Part shown: positions 40,733 to 50,438 of the stretch, piece by piece | Layout of the letters: each line of letters opens with the position of its first letter | Position numbering within the stretch: the stretch's first letter is position 1 | NCBI GenBank assembly: GCA_044229355.1 | Contig: JBGATF010000010.1 | Coordinates: 202,321-266,320 of the forward strand | Length of the DNA: 64,000 nt | DNA from: Limisphaerales bacterium | Lineage (GTDB): Bacteria; Verrucomicrobiota; Verrucomicrobiia; Limisphaerales; JADJPG01 | Direction: 5' to 3' | Notes under the pieces: generated by a model | Seen by the model: the letters and a program-made list of their open reading frames with translations, nothing else | What the model was told of the DNA's origin: nothing | Databases searched by the model: none | Program-made: the position numbers and the translations under genes

Positions 40733-41647
40733 ATGAAAACCCGAACAGGCGGCGCGGTGACACCGGAACACGCCCCCCGGAGCGGGGGTCGTCAGGGCGG
40801 GAGTTCATCCCCGCCGACGTTGGCCGGGTCGGGCCGCGCGCGAAGTCGGACCTGGAGGGCGAGGCGCTGGCTGCCGCTCATGGCTGGGGCGTGCGTTTGG
40901 AGCGTCGCAACCACGGGAGGCGCGGCGGATCGGCCCGGGCGGGGGGCGGGGCCGGTGACGGGGGCGCTGATTGTTCCGCTGCGAATTCCCCCGGAGTATC
41001 GGGTCGTTTACGAGCAAACATTCACCACGCGGGAGGGCTTGGGCGAATTTGTTTTTTCGGATCCGGCGGCCTGGCGTTTCGCGAGCACGAACGGAAACGG
41101 TGCGCTCGAACTGGCGCACCAGAGCCGGTATCAACCGCCGGTGCGTTCGCCGGTGAACATCGCCCTCCTCGCGGGCCAGCGCTTCGGCGACTTCATTCTC
41201 GAGGTGGATCTGATTCAGACGGGCAAGGAGTATGGGCACCGTGACATGTGCGTTTTTTTCGGGATGCAGGACCCCACCCATTTTTACTACACGCACATTG
41301 CAACGGCCGCCGACGACCATGCCCATAATACGTTCATTGTGACCAACGCGCCGCGGGTCAAAATCGCCCGTGAGACCACCGCTGGCGTGAGCTGGGGGCT
41401 GGGAGTCTGGCACAAGGTTCGGATCGAGCGCACGTTGGCGGACGGGGGCATCAAGGTTTACTTCGACGACTTTTCCAGGCCCATCATGGTGGCCGAAGAC
41501 AAAACATTTGGGTGGGGGTATGTCGGGTTTGGATCGTTCGACGACACCGGCATGGTGGACAACATCCGGATCTGGGGGCCGCGAGTGGAGGCCGGACAGG
41601 CGGGGTTTTTCCGCCGGGCACCGGGCGCGGGGGAATCGTCGCGGTAA
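40733..41647 (+). CDS. DUF1080 (3-keto-disaccharide hydrolase-like, concanavalin-type) domain protein
   Basis: 304 aa. Arg-rich N-terminus with a possible signal (RRWLPLMAGACVWSVATTGGAA), then a DUF1080-like beta-sandwich (FGDFILEVDLIQTGKEYGHRDMCVFFGMQDP...WHKVRIERTLADGGIKVYFDD). This family typically neighbours Gfo/Idh/MocA genes. Confidence 0.5.
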   Translation: MKTRTGGAVTPEHAPRSGGRQGGSSSPPTLAGSGRARSRTWRARRWLPLMAGACVWSVATTGGAADRPGRGAGPVTGALIVPLRIPPEYRVVYEQTFTTREGLGEFVFSDPAAWRFASTNGNGALELAHQSRYQPPVRSPVNIALLAGQRFGDFILEVDLIQTGKEYGHRDMCVFFGMQDPTHFYYTHIATAADDHAHNTFIVTNAPRVKIARETTAGVSWGLGVWHKVRIERTLADGGIKVYFDDFSRPIMVAEDKTFGWGYVGFGSFDDTGMVDNIRIWGPRVEAGQAGFFRRAPGAGESSR

Positions 41648-42208
41648 AAACCCGGTGCGGACCGGGCCCAGTGAAAGCTGGGCGGAAGGGGTGGCGAGCA
41701 TTCGATGGAAACGAATCCCGTGTGATTACGTAGGGTATCCATCCGTAACTTTTGCTCTTGCCATGGTGGGTGAGTTTTGCGTTTGGAAAGTGCCCGGTTG
41801 ACTTGCTCACAAGGGAAAGTACGGACCGAGGCGGCGGCGGTGGACGATTCGCCGCGATTTTGGCTGATTTCGGGCTCGAAATGGCGCGGCTGCGGGGTGT
41901 GAACAACGAGTGAACAAGACTTAATATATTGTCCTAGTCAGCCTGCCGGGCTTAACCTACAACCCTCGCAGCGTTCAGCAGCGCGGCATGATTCACAGCG
42001 GAAACTCTGCGGAGAAGGACTGTTTGGTCGGTCCCGACTCAAGTCTCTGAATAGCAATCGGCTCGGATCAGATTTTGCGAGGGATTCGGCGGGATCGGTG
42101 GAGTGCAAAGTGCGTCATGACCGGGATGGCTGCTGAAGAAGATCGCGACGGACAGCGGCTCTGGGAATGTTCCCGGCCGAATGTGGTGAATAAGACTTTA
42201 AATCGGAC
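41648..42208. promoter_or_regulatory. dnaA upstream region; candidate oriC / dnaA promoter with degenerate DnaA-box-like 9-mers and a short AT-rich patch
   Basis: At 561 bp it is the longest non-coding stretch in the window, and its GC is lower. 9-mers within 2 mismatches of TTATCCACA/TGTGGATAA: TGTGAACAA (41897), AGTGAACAA (41908), TGATTCACA (41988), TGTGGTGAA (42181). AT-rich gacttaatatattgtcctag at 41917-41936. Confidence 0.25.
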
Positions 42209-43636
42209 TTGGCAATGACCGGAACGCAAGCATCGGCGGAGAAGGTTTGGGCGGCTGCACAACAGGTGTTGAAGACCCTGTTGACCCCGGAGATTTATAA
42301 TCTTTGGTTCGCGTCGCTGCGGGCGGGCTCGCTGGATGACGAGAAGCTGGTCTTGGAGGTATCGAACGAGTTTTGCGAGCTCTGGCTGCAGGACAATTAC
42401 CTGAGCCTGTTGAACGACGTCCTGGCGCAGGTGACCGGCCAACGGTTGGAGGTGGCGTTCAAGGTCCGGGCGGGAGACGCGCTGGTGAAGGCGCGGACGG
42501 GTGCGGACGCGGAGGACGGGGCCAAGGCCGGTCCGCCGGAGGCGGGTTCCGCCCGGCCCTCGGCCCGGGAAGCAGCCTCGGAGGACGACCAACGTTCGGC
42601 GGCGCTGCTGCGGGAGATCTCTTTTAATCCCAAGAACACCTTCGAGACGTTCGTGGTGGGGAGCAACAACACGTTTGCCCATGCGGCCGCGATGGCGGTG
42701 GCGCAGTCGCCGGGCAAATCCTACAACCCGCTCTTTGTCTATGGCGGGGTTGGCCTGGGCAAAACCCACTTGCTGCACGCGATCGGCCAGTATGTGGTCG
42801 GTCACAAAAAGGGCGCGCGGGTCACCTACGTTTCCACGGAGAAGTTTACCAACGAGTTCATCGACGCCATTCAAAACAATCAACTGGTGCGATTCCGTCG
42901 GCGGTATCGCCAGACCGACGTGTTTCTGATGGACGACGTGCAATTCCTGGCGGGCAAGGAGCGCATTCAGGAGGAGTTCTTCCACACCTTCAACACGCTG
43001 CACGACGCGCGAAAGCAGATCGTGCTGACCTGCGACCGGCCGGCCAGCGAGATCCAGGGCTTGGAGCAACGCCTGGTTTCGCGTTTTGAGTGGGGATTGG
43101 TCACCGACCTGCAGCCGCCGGATGTGGAGACGCGCCTGGCAATCCTGCGCAAGAAAGGCAAGGTCATGGGCGTGGATCTGCCGGAGGACATCGTGCAATT
43201 CCTCGCCCAGCGCATCCGGACCAACATCCGGCGTCTCGAAGGCGCGCTGGTGCGGGTGACGTCGTACGCGTCGCTGACGGGCAAGGCGCTGACGATGGAT
43301 GTGGTGGAGGGCTTGCTGCGGGAAATCCTGCACGAAGAAGGCCGTTATACCATCAGCATCGATCTGATCCAGAAGAGGGTGGCGGAACATTTCGACATCC
43401 GTCTGGCGGACATGACGAGCAAGCGCCGCCCGGAAAACATTGCGTTTCCGAGGCAGATCGCGATGTACCTGTCGCGCCAGATGACGGAGAGCTCACTCAA
43501 CACCATTGGCGAGGCGTTCGGCGGGCGGGATCACGGCACGGTGCTGCACGCGTGCCGGCTGGTGCGGGATCGCATGCAGGTTGACGCCAGCGTTCGCCAG
43601 GTGGTCAGCTACCTTGAGAAGCAGCTGATGCGTTGA
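42209..43636 (+). CDS. dnaA: chromosomal replication initiator DnaA
   Basis: 475 aa. Domain I, disordered linker, AAA+ (NPLFVYGGVGLGKTHLLHAIG; Walker B FLMDDVQF; sensors), C-terminal DnaA-box-binding HTH (IAMYLSRQMTESSLNTIGEAFGGRDHGTVLHACR). Confidence 0.9.
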   Translation: MAMTGTQASAEKVWAAAQQVLKTLLTPEIYNLWFASLRAGSLDDEKLVLEVSNEFCELWLQDNYLSLLNDVLAQVTGQRLEVAFKVRAGDALVKARTGADAEDGAKAGPPEAGSARPSAREAASEDDQRSAALLREISFNPKNTFETFVVGSNNTFAHAAAMAVAQSPGKSYNPLFVYGGVGLGKTHLLHAIGQYVVGHKKGARVTYVSTEKFTNEFIDAIQNNQLVRFRRRYRQTDVFLMDDVQFLAGKERIQEEFFHTFNTLHDARKQIVLTCDRPASEIQGLEQRLVSRFEWGLVTDLQPPDVETRLAILRKKGKVMGVDLPEDIVQFLAQRIRTNIRRLEGALVRVTSYASLTGKALTMDVVEGLLREILHEEGRYTISIDLIQKRVAEHFDIRLADMTSKRRPENIAFPRQIAMYLSRQMTESSLNTIGEAFGGRDHGTVLHACRLVRDRMQVDASVRQVVSYLEKQLMR

Positions 43637-43736
43637 TCGGGGCACCCGATTTCCGCCGCGCGTCCGCGGGCTTCCGACCCGCCTCCCATTTTTCTCTGGG
43701 CATCAGGATCCCCAGTGCTTAAGAATCCGCCCGTTC

Positions 43737-44492
43737 ATGTTGGGTACCGGCATCATCAAGGGCCTGGTCGAGACGGCCCGCAACTTCGTCGGCACATACA
43801 CCGACGAAGCGCGGTTGACCACGGTCGAATACCCGGAAGAGCGAATCGCGCCGAAGGAGAACGCGCGTCAGTTTCCATTTCTGGTTTTCGACGGGGACGA
43901 CTGGCAGAAGGGCCTCCGGTGCGTGGCGTGCCAGATCTGCGAGAAGGAGTGTCCGCCCCAGTGCATCTACATCGAGAAGAGCAAGGACAAGAAGCCGGAT
44001 TTCGTGGGCAAGACCCAATTCTATCCGGCCACCTTCGACATCGACGTCTCGGTCTGCATGAGCTGCCAGATTTGCGTCGAGGTATGTCCGTTTGATGCGA
44101 TCAAGATGGATCAGGAGTATGAACTCTCGACCGACAACCGGTTTGGAGGTCTTTTGGTGCACAAGGACAGGCTGGCCAAGCCCAACGACTATTACCGAAA
44201 AATTCACCCGACCGAAGCCGGCGAGATCGATGCGCGGCGTGCGGACGACGTGAAGAAGGCGGAGGAGAAGGCGAAGGCCGACGCGGAGGCGAAAGCGAAA
44301 GCGGCGGCCGAAGCGAAGGCCAAGGCAGCGGCGGCAGCGGCGGCACCAATCCCGGGGGGGGCTGCCGGCGGCGTGGCCGCGGCGAAATCGGAATCCGCAG
44401 TCGTTCCGGCGCCGGCGGGAACGCCCGCGGCAAGCGGTGCGAAGCCCGGCAGCGCGCCGACGGCGCCCGCCGGGGGCGAGGCGAAGGGATAA
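43737..44492 (+). CDS. nuoI: NADH-quinone oxidoreductase subunit I (2x[4Fe-4S]) with Lys/Ala-rich C-terminal extension
   Basis: CVACQICEKECP and CMSCQICVEVCP ferredoxin motifs. The ~100-aa tail is KKAEEKAKADAEAKAKAAAEAKAKAAAAAAAPIPGG... Confidence 0.85.
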   Translation: MLGTGIIKGLVETARNFVGTYTDEARLTTVEYPEERIAPKENARQFPFLVFDGDDWQKGLRCVACQICEKECPPQCIYIEKSKDKKPDFVGKTQFYPATFDIDVSVCMSCQICVEVCPFDAIKMDQEYELSTDNRFGGLLVHKDRLAKPNDYYRKIHPTEAGEIDARRADDVKKAEEKAKADAEAKAKAAAEAKAKAAAAAAAPIPGGAAGGVAAAKSESAVVPAPAGTPAASGAKPGSAPTAPAGGEAKG

Positions 44493-44500
44493 GCGGCGGC

Positions 44501-45721
44501 ATGACAACCCTGGATCAATTTCCCATCGCGATCAAAGCGGCCATTTTGAACCTTTCGATCTGGCCGGAGGCGCTGAAACCGCTCCTCTCAGCGCTCCTGT
44601 CGATTGGGCCAATCATTTTGGTTTTCGCGACGATGTTCGGAGTTTTGACGGTGGTTGAGCGGAAGGTTCTGGGCCGGATTCAAAATCGGCGCGGACCGAA
44701 CCGGGTGGGCATCCCGTTCACAAACATCCGGCTGGCGGGGTTTGGGCAGTTCATCGCGGACGGGATCAAATCGCTCACCAAGGAAGACGTCGTGCCGCGG
44801 GCCGCCGACAAGGTGGTCCATTACCTGGCGCCCATTGCGCTGGTCGTTCCCGTGTTGCTGGCGTATTCGGTCCTGCCCTTTGGCAAGGGCTTGGTGGCGC
44901 TCGATCTCAAGGAGACCGGACTGCTGTTTTTTTTCTCTGTGGGGGCGGCAACCGAGTTGAGCGTGTTCATGGCGGGCTGGTCGAGTCGTAACAAATATTC
45001 GTTGCTCGGCGCCATGCGGGCGATTGCCCAGATGATATCCTATGAGCTGCCGTTGATCCTGTCCACGCTGACGGTGGTGATGCTGACGGGCTCGCTGTCG
45101 CTGGTGGCGATTGTGGAGCGCCAGGCGGCGGAGGCGGCGGTGCTGCCGGGGGGCATCCATGCCTGGAACGTTCTGACTCCCTGGGGGCTGGCGGGTTTTC
45201 TTTTGTTCATGGTGGCGGCGGCGGCGGAGTCGAATCGCACGCCATTCGACCTGCCGGAGGCCGAGTCGGAGCTGGTGGCGGGCTATTTCACCGAATACAG
45301 CGGGTTCAAATTCGCGCTGTTCTTCCTGGGCGAATACTTCGGGCTGTTCGCCATTTGCGGGCTGGGCATCACGTTGTTTCTGGGCGGGTGGTCCGCGCCG
45401 TTTGCCTTTCTGGAGTTTATTCCGACCTGGCTGTGGTTCTTTGGAAAGCTGCTGGCCCTGCTCGGATTCTTCATCTGGACGCGGGGGACGATTCCACGAC
45501 TGCGGGCGGATCAGCTGATGAACCTGGCGTGGAAATTTTTGCTGCCCATGACGCTTGTCAATGTGGTGGTGGCCGCGGTCTGGCATTTCACGGGCGAGGC
45601 CGGATGGAATGTAGTCGTGCGGTGGGTGGTGGGGCTGGCGTTGTTGTTCGCCCCGTATTGGCTGCTGGGCCGAAACTTTGAGACATCTGTGGGCAAGCGA
45701 ACGTATCGATATGCAAGCTGA
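44501..45721 (+). CDS. nuoH: NADH-quinone oxidoreductase subunit H
   Basis: RIQNRRGPNRVGIPFTNIRLAGFGQFIADGIKSLTKEDV is the canonical NuoH/ND1 motif. 8+ TM helices; ~70-aa C-terminal extension. Confidence 0.85.
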   Translation: MTTLDQFPIAIKAAILNLSIWPEALKPLLSALLSIGPIILVFATMFGVLTVVERKVLGRIQNRRGPNRVGIPFTNIRLAGFGQFIADGIKSLTKEDVVPRAADKVVHYLAPIALVVPVLLAYSVLPFGKGLVALDLKETGLLFFFSVGAATELSVFMAGWSSRNKYSLLGAMRAIAQMISYELPLILSTLTVVMLTGSLSLVAIVERQAAEAAVLPGGIHAWNVLTPWGLAGFLLFMVAAAAESNRTPFDLPEAESELVAGYFTEYSGFKFALFFLGEYFGLFAICGLGITLFLGGWSAPFAFLEFIPTWLWFFGKLLALLGFFIWTRGTIPRLRADQLMNLAWKFLLPMTLVNVVVAAVWHFTGEAGWNVVVRWVVGLALLFAPYWLLGRNFETSVGKRTYRYAS

Positions 45722-45793
45722 CGCCGGGTGGATGCAGGGCGAGCTCGGGGCGGGGAACGCAGCGGGCGGCGCGGCGGGAGGACGCCTGCGCGC

Positions 45794-46333
45794 ATGACTC
45801 TGCCGTTTCTCCTCGTCGGCGCATTGACGGCGGGCAGTGCGATGGCTGCCATGGCGTTGCGCAACCTGGTGCATTGCGCGCTTTGCCTCGTGGTCGCGTT
45901 TGCCGGCCTGGCTGCGTTATTCCTGCAGCTCGATGCCGAGTTTGTGGGCCTGGTCCAAATCCTGGTTTACATCGGAGCGGTCTCGATCTTGATCGTGTTT
46001 GCGATTCTCTTGACCCGCGGCACTGAGCCGGCGCCGCCGGCGCCGATCACCACGGCCACGCCGTGGGCGATCGCCATTGCCGTCGCGGTGTTGGTGGTGA
46101 TGGTGGGAGCGCTGCAAGGCACCCGCGCGCTGCGAGTGGAAGCCCCGGAGACGGCGACGGCGGTTTCGGTGCCGGTCAAGGCGCTGGGCACGAAACTGAT
46201 GCAGGAATACGTCGTGCCATTGGAGGTGATGGGCTTGTTGCTGACGGCGGCCTTGATCGGGGCGGTCATCGTCGCGCTGCCGGAGCGCGGGGCAGGGACG
46301 CGGGCAGATGACGGGAAAGGGGGATCGGCTTGA
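45794..46333 (+). CDS. nuoJ: NADH-quinone oxidoreductase subunit J
   Basis: Track ORF 45728..46333; the likely start is [14 protein letters not shown] at 45794. ND6-like helices (...[24 protein letters not shown]). Confidence 0.8.
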   Translation: MTLPFLLVGALTAGSAMAAMALRNLVHCALCLVVAFAGLAALFLQLDAEFVGLVQILVYIGAVSILIVFAILLTRGTEPAPPAPITTATPWAIAIAVAVLVVMVGALQGTRALRVEAPETATAVSVPVKALGTKLMQEYVVPLEVMGLLLTAALIGAVIVALPERGAGTRADDGKGGSA

Positions 46334-46641
46334 GCCCTCTCGGCGGCTACCTGCTTCTCAGCGCGGTGCTGTTTTGCGTCGGGCTGGCTGGCGCGCTGGC
46401 GCGGCGCAACGCCATCATGGTCCTGGTGGGCATCGAGCTGATGCTGAACGCGGCGAATCTGAACTTCATTGCCTTCTGGCGATATGGTCCGAACCCGGAA
46501 GCCTTGCAGGGAGTGCTCTTTGTGATCTTCGCGATTGCCGTGGCAGCGGCGGAGGCGGCGGTCGGCCTGGCGTTGATCATCGCCATTTACCGATTCTACC
46601 GGACGACGAATGTGGATGAAGTGGAGGGGATGAAGGGGTGA
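46329..46641 (+). CDS. nuoK: NADH-quinone oxidoreductase subunit K
   Basis: ~103 aa, 3 TM: [41 protein letters not shown]... (ND4L signature). Probable TTG start overlapping the nuoJ stop. Confidence 0.8.
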
Positions 46642-48884
46642 GCTTCGACCCGCGTTATCTTTGGTTGATTCCGGCACTGCCGCTGGTCGCGGCCGGCTTG
46701 ATCGCGCTGGCTCGCCAACCGCGGCGATTGTTGGCCGCGAGCCTGGCCATTGGCGCGATGGTCCTGGCGTTCCTGCTGGCCGTCGCGGCCTTTGGATCGA
46801 CCCTCGGCGGACACGCCACCCCGGTGCAGCGGGTTCATAATTTCGACTGGTTCGTGCTTGGCGAAACCACCTTCCGCCTCGGCTGGCTGCTCGACCCTCT
46901 TTCCGCGGCCATGCTGGTGATGATCACTTTTGTCGGCACGCTGATATTCATCTTCAGCGTGGGCTACATGGCCCACGACAAAAACTTCACGCGGTTCTTT
47001 GGATTTCTCGCCCTCTTTGCCGCGGCCATGCTCGGCCTCGTCATCGCCAACAACCTGCTGTTGCTCTTCATGTGCTGGGAACTGGTGGGGCTTGCGTCGT
47101 ATTTGCTGATCGGATTTTGGTATCACAAGCCCAGCGCGGCAGCGGCGGCGAAGAAGGCCTTCATCACCACGCGGATTGGGGATGTCTTCTTCTTTCTCGG
47201 ATTGCTTTGGCTGAGTGCGGAGACCGGCACGCTGCTGTTCTACGATGGCGGGGCGGGTTGTCTGGAGCAGACGGCCCTCGCGTCGTTGGTCGGCCGGACC
47301 ACGCTGATTGGCATGGGCGTGAGCACCGGAATTTCATTGCTGATCTTTTGCGGGGCGGTTGGCAAGTCCGGCCAGGTCCCGTTGCATGTCTGGCTCCCGG
47401 ACGCCATGGAAGGCCCGACGCCGGTCAGCGCATTGATCCACGCCGCGACGATGGTGGCCGCCGGAGTGTTTTTGGTGGCACGGGTATACCCGCTGATGTC
47501 AGCCGTCCCGGCCGGCGTGGCGGCTGAAGTCGCGTCGCATGGGGCGCCGGCAGCGCTGGTTTCGACCGTGTCCGCGGGGGAAGCACCCGTCCGGGCGGCG
47601 GACGCCGGGACTGGCTCGACCGCGAGCGGGGCGGGCGGGGGCGTACGAGGCTCGACCGGCGAACCGACGCAGGCCGGGCCGGTTTCGTTCGCGTTGCAGG
47701 TGGTGACGTGGGTCGGAGCCATCACGGCGTTGTTCGCCGCACTGGTGGCGGTGGCCCAAACGGACATCAAGCGGATCCTTGCCTACTCAACGGTCTCGCA
47801 GCTGGGCTTCATGTTCATCGGCCTGGGTGTGGGGGGAGTGGCGGTGGGCATGTTTCATTTGCTCACCCATGCGTTCTTCAAGGCGTTGTTGTTCCTCGGC
47901 TCGGGGTCGGTCATTCACGGCTGCCATGAGGAGCAGGACATCCGGCGGATGGGCGGGTTGCGCAAGCTGATGCCGTATACCTTCGCGACGTACGCGATCG
48001 GCATGCTGGCACTCGCGGGTTTCCCGCTGCTCTCCGGATTCTTCAGCAAGGACGAGATTCTGCATTCGGCGTGGCGCTGGTCACCGAGCAAGTGGCCTTT
48101 TGTGTTCGGGCTGGCGGGTGCCTTCCTGACCGCCTTCTACATGACGCGGCAGGTCTGGTATGTGTTTTTCGGTCATCGGGCATCTCATGCTTCGGCGCTC
48201 GGAACTGCGCACGGACCGGCGGAAGTGCACGGAGAGGCTCACGATCCCGGGACCCCGCACGAGAGTCCGCCGGTGATGACAGCTCCGTTGATCATTCTGG
48301 CGGCTTGCACCCTGCTGCTGGGCGCCTTCGGCACCCCGATGTGGCCGTGGTTCCACTCCTACCTGAGCGGACACGGAACGCCGTCCTGGGTCGGCGCGGT
48401 GGGAGTGGAAACGCTGGGGATCATGGCGCTTTCTGCGGTTGTTGCCGTGGGAGGAATGGTCATCGGCTGGCGGTTTTACACCCGGCGGGGTCCGGGGACG
48501 GCGAAGGAACCGGACCCGCTCGAGCGCTGGAATTCCGAATGGTTCGGGGTGTTGCGCGGCAAGTTTTTCATCGACGACCTTTACGAAAAATCCGTGCTCC
48601 GGGCCAATGCCTGGGGCGCGCGCATGGCACGATGGCTGGATGAACGGTTCCTGGGCCTCGTCGTGCAAGCGGTGTCCTACGTCGCGATTGGGCTGTCGTG
48701 GCTGAACCGTCTGGTCGACGAGTATGTGGTCAACTTTGGGTTCGATCGGGGGTGCGGCGGACTGCGGAACGGTGCGCGGTGGGTGTCGTTCTGGCAGAAC
48801 GGCCAGGTGCAGCGGTATCTGCGGGTGATTGGGGTGGCCCTGGTCCTGTTCGCGGTAATCTTTGCGTGGGGAGGCCGACGATGA
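46638..48884 (+). CDS. nuoL: NADH-quinone oxidoreductase subunit L (with ~55-aa low-complexity insertion)
   Basis: [33 protein letters not shown] is the NuoL/ND5 signature. C-terminal long horizontal-helix region. Insertion ...[37 protein letters not shown].... Confidence 0.9.
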   Translation: MSFDPRYLWLIPALPLVAAGLIALARQPRRLLAASLAIGAMVLAFLLAVAAFGSTLGGHATPVQRVHNFDWFVLGETTFRLGWLLDPLSAAMLVMITFVGTLIFIFSVGYMAHDKNFTRFFGFLALFAAAMLGLVIANNLLLLFMCWELVGLASYLLIGFWYHKPSAAAAAKKAFITTRIGDVFFFLGLLWLSAETGTLLFYDGGAGCLEQTALASLVGRTTLIGMGVSTGISLLIFCGAVGKSGQVPLHVWLPDAMEGPTPVSALIHAATMVAAGVFLVARVYPLMSAVPAGVAAEVASHGAPAALVSTVSAGEAPVRAADAGTGSTASGAGGGVRGSTGEPTQAGPVSFALQVVTWVGAITALFAALVAVAQTDIKRILAYSTVSQLGFMFIGLGVGGVAVGMFHLLTHAFFKALLFLGSGSVIHGCHEEQDIRRMGGLRKLMPYTFATYAIGMLALAGFPLLSGFFSKDEILHSAWRWSPSKWPFVFGLAGAFLTAFYMTRQVWYVFFGHRASHASALGTAHGPAEVHGEAHDPGTPHESPPVMTAPLIILAACTLLLGAFGTPMWPWFHSYLSGHGTPSWVGAVGVETLGIMALSAVVAVGGMVIGWRFYTRRGPGTAKEPDPLERWNSEWFGVLRGKFFIDDLYEKSVLRANAWGARMARWLDERFLGLVVQAVSYVAIGLSWLNRLVDEYVVNFGFDRGCGGLRNGARWVSFWQNGQVQRYLRVIGVALVLFAVIFAWGGRR

Positions 48885-50437
48885 GGGGTTTCCCGTGGCT
48901 GAGCGCCTTGACGCTGATTCCGCTCCTGGGCGGGTTCCTGGTGGCCGGCCTGGACGCGCGCCGCCGTTGGCTCGCGAAATTTCTCGGGGTGACCTTCATG
49001 TTTGTGGTGCTCGGGTGCACGCTCCATCTCTGGAGAGTGTTCGACGCCACCACCGGTGTGCCGCAGTTCGTGGAGCGCCACGAGTGGATTCCGTCGGTCA
49101 ACGTGCAGTATTTCCTGGGCCTCGACGGGCTGGGGCTGCTCATGGTGTTGCTCGTGGCGATGATCCTGCCGTTCGCGTTGCTGGCGTCGGGGGAGACGGG
49201 TCCGCGGACGAGGGTTTATGTCGCGCTAATGCTGTTTTTGGAGGCGGGGTTGTTTGGGGCGTTCACCGCGCTGAACTTTGTCCATTGGTTTTTGTTTTGG
49301 GAGCTGAGCCTCGTTCCGGCGTATTTCCTGATCAAACTTTGGGGTGGTCCGGAACGCTCGGCGGTGGCCAACCAGTTCTTTGTCTACACGATGGTGGGCA
49401 GCGTGACGCTGCTGTTGTCGATGCTGGCGGTGTTTGCGGTGACAGGCAGCTTCGACTTTCTGGTGCTGGCGGAGAAAGGGCGGAGCGGGGAACTGGAATC
49501 GCTGTTGAACCTGCGAATCCCGGGTCTCTACGGGCTGTCCTCGCGTGGGCTGGCGTTGTTGATTTTTGGCGGGGCGTTCCTCGGCTTTGCCGTCAAGGTG
49601 CCGGTCTGGCCGTTCCACACGTGGCTGCCGGCGACCTATGCGGAGGCTCCGACCGGGGTGTCGATGGTGCTGACGGGAGTGATGTCAAAGATGGGCGTCT
49701 ATGGATTTCTGCGAATTCTGCTGCCGATTTTTCCGGAGCAGATGCGCTGGGCGCAGTCGTGGCTGCTCTGGCTGGCGGTGGCGACGATCGTGATGAGCGC
49801 GTCCGCGGCGTTGGCCCAGCGGGATCTGAAGCGGATGGTGGCCTACTCCTCGATCAACCATCTGGGCTATTGCCTGCTGGGAATTTTTGCAGCCGTGCAA
49901 ATCACCGGGACGGAGCCGCGATGGACGACGGAGAAGGCGGCGGCCTTGAACGGGGTGGTGTTGCAGATGTTCAGCCACGGCATCACGGCGGCGGCATTGT
50001 TTTATTTTGTCGGTTTGATGGAACGCCGGGCGGGCCGGCGGGGGCTGGATGACTTTGGGGGCCTGCGGGCGGTGGCGCCGGTCTTCTGTGGGCTGATGGG
50101 TATTTCCATTTTTGCCTCGCTCGGTCTGCCCGGTTTGAGCGGCTTCGTGGGGGAGTTTTTGATTTTCAAGGGCGTCTTTCCGCTGGCCGGCTGGGCGGCG
50201 GCGCTGTCGGTATTGGGGCTGCTGGTCACCGCGATCTTTTTGCTGACGATTCTACAGCGGGTATGGAGCGGGCCACTGGCGGAGCGCTGGCTGGGATTTC
50301 GGGATCTTTCGTTCGGGGAGGGGCTGTTGGCGGTTCCGGCGCTGGTCCTGATGCTGGTGCTCGGGGTGTGGCCGCAAATCGCGCTGCAAATCATCAACCC
50401 CACCGTGCTCCAGTGGGTGGAGGGACTGAAGGTTTAG
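48882..50437 (+). CDS. nuoM: NADH-quinone oxidoreductase subunit M (copy 1)
   Basis: Track ORF starts at 48698, but the real start is [21 protein letters not shown] at ~48882 (ATGA overlap with nuoL). HTWLPATYAEAPTGVSMVLTGVMSKMGVYGFLR matches the NuoM/ND4 motif. Confidence 0.85.
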
Positions 50438-50438
50438 C

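Noticed and set aside
43637-43736. dnaA-nuoI intergenic region as an alternative oriC location
   Set aside because: It is only 100 bp, GC-rich, and has no DnaA-box-like 9-mers within 2 mismatches. The 561-bp upstream region is the better candidate.
42068-45874. Minus-strand ORFs 42068..43390 (440 aa) and 44588..45874 (428 aa) opposite dnaA and nuoH/J
   Set aside because: They are antisense to unmistakable DnaA and complex I genes. Their translations are Arg/His/Gln-rich and carry no domains.
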